NCBI RefSeq assembly: GCF_000013905.1
Contig: NC_007969.1
Span: 2,730,001-2,762,000 of the forward strand
Source of the DNA: Psychrobacter cryohalolentis K5
GTDB lineage: Bacteria > Pseudomonadota > Gammaproteobacteria > Pseudomonadales > Moraxellaceae
Direction: 5' to 3'
Length of the DNA stretch: 32,000 nt
Position numbers and translations under genes: made by a program. The notes beneath the pieces were generated by a model. That model was not told the origin of the DNA and made no database searches. It was given only the letters and a program-made list of their open reading frames with translations. Shown here piece by piece: positions 28,459 through 32,000 of this stretch; position 1 is the first letter of the stretch; each line of letters begins with the position of its first letter.

Positions 28459-29460
28459 CTAATACTCAAAATGAGGATGGTATTGTAAATGCGTTTGCTC
28501 GCCAAGTAAGCGTGATAGCAGCAAATCCATATGCTTATCGTATTTGGTCGCATAAAATATCAACGGTGGCTTAATCTGATTGTCACTCAAACTGGCATCT
28601 AAAACACCATTTCTATCTAATCCATCTATAGGCAATGCTGACAAATTATTGGCGATCAACAATTGCTTAACGCGCTCTGCAATTGCTTGACCTGAATCAA
28701 CCACTTGCATTGATAGTCTTTGCGATTCAATTGCTTGCATCACAAAATCTTTAAAGAATGGATAATGTGTACAGCCTAATACCAGCTGGTCTACCCCATC
28801 CTTTGCGAACACTTGCAATTGCTGACGAAGATTTTGCGCCGTTTCACTGTTTTCCGGCATACCTGATTCTACCCAAGGCACAAGTTGCGGGTCAAAATAT
28901 TTGGTCACTCTGGTTGCACTTGGACTGGCTATCGTAGCAATGACATCGTTTAGGAGTTTACCGTTTAGAGTCGCTTTGGTTGCTAGTACCGCCACATGAC
29001 CACTTTTACTGGCCAATACCGCAGGTTTCAATGCTGGTACCAAACCCACGATGGGTAGCTGCGGATAATGGCACCTTGCTGTCTGCAACGCATAGGCTGA
29101 AGCACTATTACACGCAATGACAATAAGCTTGCAGCCTTGCTGATATAGCCACTCTACTGCCGTCAATGTGAATGTTTTAATATCATCACTATCTCGATTG
29201 CCATAGGGCACATTCAGGGTATCAGCATAGTAAATATAACGTTCATTGGGCAGTTGCTGGGCTAAATGGAGATAAACAGACAAGCCACCAATACCGGAAT
29301 CAAATAAGCCAATAGGCGCGCTACGGTCTGGATCTGCCTTTGTCCCTTTATTATGATTGTATATCAGACTATCGACCATCGCTTCTTCAGCAGTGTTATT
29401 ATCAGAAATTATTAAGTAAGTATTAACTGTGTTAGTAACAGCACTTGCGGCAACTTTCAT
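28459..29460 (-). CDS. murI: Glutamate racemase
   Basis: Has IGLFDSGIGGLSV and the two catalytic Cys contexts (IACNSAS and LGCTHYPF). About 45 extra N-terminal residues precede the conserved core. GGTGA upstream of the ATG at 29460. Confidence 0.92.
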   Translation of the reverse strand: MKVAASAVTNTVNTYLIISDNNTAEEAMVDSLIYNHNKGTKADPDRSAPIGLFDSGIGGLSVYLHLAQQLPNERYIYYADTLNVPYGNRDSDDIKTFTLTAVEWLYQQGCKLIVIACNSASAYALQTARCHYPQLPIVGLVPALKPAVLASKSGHVAVLATKATLNGKLLNDVIATIASPSATRVTKYFDPQLVPWVESGMPENSETAQNLRQQLQVFAKDGVDQLVLGCTHYPFFKDFVMQAIESQRLSMQVVDSGQAIAERVKQLLIANNLSALPIDGLDRNGVLDASLSDNQIKPPLIFYATKYDKHMDLLLSRLLGEQTHLQYHPHFEY

Positions 29461-29775
29461 ATTATTTCACCGCCATTTTGATAAAAATACTGTCATACCG
29501 ACCCTACTAATAAATTTAACCAATATTACTTTCGATAATATAGTCAATTCCAAATAAAACAGATACGTTATGTTTCAACGCAGTACTGGTATAAATTTTT
29601 CTGGCGTGCTGTGCCTACGCCTACAGAGGCTGCGTAAAATTCATCCCAGTCCTACTGTATCGCTTTAATACTGAATTCACTATAGACCCATAAATAAAAA
29701 GGGCTATAAGATAGATAACAAGATTTGCTCAAGATCAATAGCAATCACTGCCTAATTATAGCTCATTATTGACCG

Positions 29776-30531
29776 TTAAATAGATGTCATCGTCAATGTA
29801 TAAGCATGACCCCCACTTTGCAGGGTTAGCGTGGTTTTATCATCTTGCTCTGTCAATTCGCCAATCTCGGTTAGATGATAAAATACATTGCGACCAATAA
29901 GTGCCGTCAATCCATTTCGAACCAGCATATAAGGACGCATTTGTACCTCAGATGTTAATTGTTGGTTTTCCTCTCCGTGACTATTATGAACAGCATCCAT
30001 ATCATTAGAGTGATCATTTCTATTTTCATTACCCTCTACATTAACAGAGTCATAAGGACGTAAAAAAATAGGATGCTCATCATCTAAGCGTACGACATCA
30101 CCCGTTGTCGTGGTGAATTCAAGCCAACTATTAGTGTCTTCGTTGACGATACCGACATCATTGATTAGTAATGGCGCATCTTCCACTTGGATACGCAATT
30201 TCTGTACGGGCGTCTTTAGAAAATACTCAGTCACGCCTTCTTTTTCTTCTTTCCATAAGATAGTGGCAAACAGACTGACTAATGACTCTCGGGTCATGTG
30301 TCCGCCTTCATGCCACCACTCGCCATTGGCTTTGATGACCAAGTCCATATCATCAATTTGTTCAGGATGCCAACTTTCTAGTGGCGGTATGGCACGTCCT
30401 TCACGTGTCCCTGCCACAGACTTTAAATATTGGCTCAAATTGTCTATAGTATTTAGCTCAGACAGCTTGTCATTAGAGGTTTCAGCATCTTTTACAGTCG
30501 TGGCATCGATATCTTTATTATTATCTGTCAT
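29776..30531 (-). CDS. DUF1285 family protein
   Basis: The sequence PPLESWHPEQIDDMDLVIKANGEWWHEGGHMTRESLVSLFATILWKEE...YFLKTPVQKLRIQVEDAPLLI follows the DUF1285 pattern. ATG at 30531 with AAGGA 7 nt upstream is preferred over the TTG at 30567 in the track. Confidence 0.75.
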   Translation of the reverse strand: MTDNNKDIDATTVKDAETSNDKLSELNTIDNLSQYLKSVAGTREGRAIPPLESWHPEQIDDMDLVIKANGEWWHEGGHMTRESLVSLFATILWKEEKEGVTEYFLKTPVQKLRIQVEDAPLLINDVGIVNEDTNSWLEFTTTTGDVVRLDDEHPIFLRPYDSVNVEGNENRNDHSNDMDAVHNSHGEENQQLTSEVQMRPYMLVRNGLTALIGRNVFYHLTEIGELTEQDDKTTLTLQSGGHAYTLTMTSI

Positions 30532-30936
30532 CGTACAATCCTTCACGTAGTAATCAAAGTTTGGCAAATCTGTTATTACTATAAATTTTAGTTTCGGGTA
30601 TGATAAGACAATATCGTCATTGTACCCCCACCGTCTTAATCTTACCTTAACACTGATGTTGTGAAATGCGTATCGTGTTTGTGGGACTTTTCTTTTATAA
30701 TAAGTAACGATTTTTTATTTGAACTAGTCTGGTGGGCGTTGTACTAACGACACATTTTACGTTATGTTTTGAAGGTTTTTAAAAACACTTTCATCGTAAC
30801 GTCGTCAACTGATACCGTAAAGACCCTTTTTATCGGGCAGCCATATGTCTGAGTAAAGTTAGCGCCACAAGCCTTATTATTCAATTGTTAAGCTAATGAT
30901 GCCCTGAGATAAGCCACTACAAGTTTAGGAGTAGGT

Positions 30937-32000
30937 ATGCAAGAGCAAGACAATCAATCGCCAGTTATTGATGGTGATACTGTAAATATCGACACGCCAA
31001 TCGTGACAGACACAGCAAATTCAGAGCCAGCAGTGGTAACACCAGAAGTGCTCGCTGAAGAAACGCCCGTTATTGTAGATACGCAAGCCGTTGAGCCAGT
31101 TGCTGAAACGGTCGTTGTCGACAAAGCGCCAGAACCTGTTGCAGCAGAGCCTGAAGTAGAACGTGAGTCAATGGAATTTGATGTCATTATCGTTGGTGGT
31201 GGACCTGCCGGACTTTCAGCTGCCATCCGTCTACGCCAGCTTGCCATCGCAGCAGGTAACGATGAGTTCATGGTTTGTGTGGTCGAAAAAGGCTCGGAGT
31301 TTGGCGCTCATACTCTCTCTGGTGCGGTCATGGAAACACGCGCTTTGGATGAGTTGATTCCAGATTGGAAAGAAAAAGGCGCACCGCTAAACGTTCCTGC
31401 AATTGAAGATCGCGTCTATATGCTGGGTTCAGCGACCAAATCTATCAAATTAATGGATTCGGTCATTCCTGCCAGCATGCATAACCAAGGCAACTATATT
31501 GTCTCATTAGGCAACGTCGTTCGTTGGTTGGCTCAACAAGCTGAAGAGCTAGAAGTCATGATGTTCCCAGGCTTCCCCGCTGATGAAATCTTATATAATG
31601 ATGATGGTTCAGTTAAAGGCGTATTGACAGGCGACATGGGTGTGGCTGCCAGTGGCGAAGCGAAACATAGCTTTGAGCCAGGTTATGAGCTGCTTGCTAA
31701 ATATACTATATTTACCGAAGGTAGCCGTGGTCACTTAGGCAAGCGCTTGATCAGTCGTTTTAATCTTGACAAAGACTGTGACCCCCAACACTATGGTATT
31801 GGTCTAAAAGAGCTATGGGATATTGATCCTGCTAAGCATGAAGAAGGTGTGGTCATGCATGGTTCAGGTTGGCCTTTGACTGATACGGGTTCAACTGGAG
31901 GCTGGTGGTTGTATTTCGCTGAAAACAATCAAGTAAGCTTTGGTCTTGTTATTGATCTCTCCTATTCTAATCCATATATGTCGCCATTTGATGAGATGCA
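30937..32000 (+). CDS. Electron-transfer flavoprotein-ubiquinone oxidoreductase (C-terminus outside window)
   Basis: Absent from the ORF track because it runs off the right edge. ATG at 30937 has AGGAG 5 nt upstream. From aa 75 onward it is canonical ETF-QO: ERESMEFDVIIVGGGPAGLSAAIRL..., FTEGSRGHLGKRL, GGWWLY. It is preceded by a 73-aa acidic P/V/T/E-rich extension. Confidence 0.9.
   Translation, partial: MQEQDNQSPVIDGDTVNIDTPIVTDTANSEPAVVTPEVLAEETPVIVDTQAVEPVAETVVVDKAPEPVAAEPEVERESMEFDVIIVGGGPAGLSAAIRLRQLAIAAGNDEFMVCVVEKGSEFGAHTLSGAVMETRALDELIPDWKEKGAPLNVPAIEDRVYMLGSATKSIKLMDSVIPASMHNQGNYIVSLGNVVRWLAQQAEELEVMMFPGFPADEILYNDDGSVKGVLTGDMGVAASGEAKHSFEPGYELLAKYTIFTEGSRGHLGKRLISRFNLDKDCDPQHYGIGLKELWDIDPAKHEEGVVMHGSGWPLTDTGSTGGWWLYFAENNQVSFGLVIDLSYSNPYMSPFDEM

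Noticed and set aside
30954-31271. 105-aa minus-strand ORF opposite the ETF-QO 5' region
   Set aside because: It is an antisense shadow of the low-complexity N-terminal extension (Ser/Thr/Ala-rich) with no start signal.

Overview
Mostly housekeeping chromosomal DNA from a moderately AT-rich gammaproteobacterium. The protein sequences and gene order look Moraxellaceae/Psychrobacter-like; this is my inference, no search was run. I support 27 protein-coding genes, two of them cut by the window edges and therefore missing from the ORF track. In order they are: isochorismatase-family hydrolase (partial), fadA, fadB, ispA, DUF72, a membrane-anchored Sel1-repeat protein, an AT-rich orphan membrane protein, sodB, rdgB, tig, clpP, clpX, a TsdA-like diheme cytochrome c lipoprotein, an EIIC-like permease, a SPOR-domain protein, argS, a DUF2788-like small membrane protein, cmoB, cmoA, msrA, tpm, DUF1499, a lytic murein transglycosylase, a small acidic orphan, a DUF4062-like orphan, murI, DUF1285 and ETF-ubiquinone oxidoreductase (partial). 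Reading by eye I found no rRNA, tRNA, CRISPR array, transposase, integrase or phage module. Several clean rho-independent terminators are visible. Two small spots look accessory or uncharacterised. One is a two-gene AT-rich islet (Sel1-repeat protein plus orphan membrane protein, 6.8-8.3 kb) wedged between DUF72 and sodB. The other is a DUF4062/TIR-like orphan with an unknown C-terminal domain plus a small acidic protein (26.7-28.5 kb), between a murein transglycosylase gene and murI. The second is my best candidate for an undescribed system, but the evidence is motif-level only. Other points worth a look: an orphan lipobox-bearing TsdA-type thiosulfate dehydrogenase, a ~73-aa acidic low-complexity N-terminal extension on ETF-QO, near-identical 108-nt repeats inside the Sel1 gene, and short direct repeats in a few leader regions.
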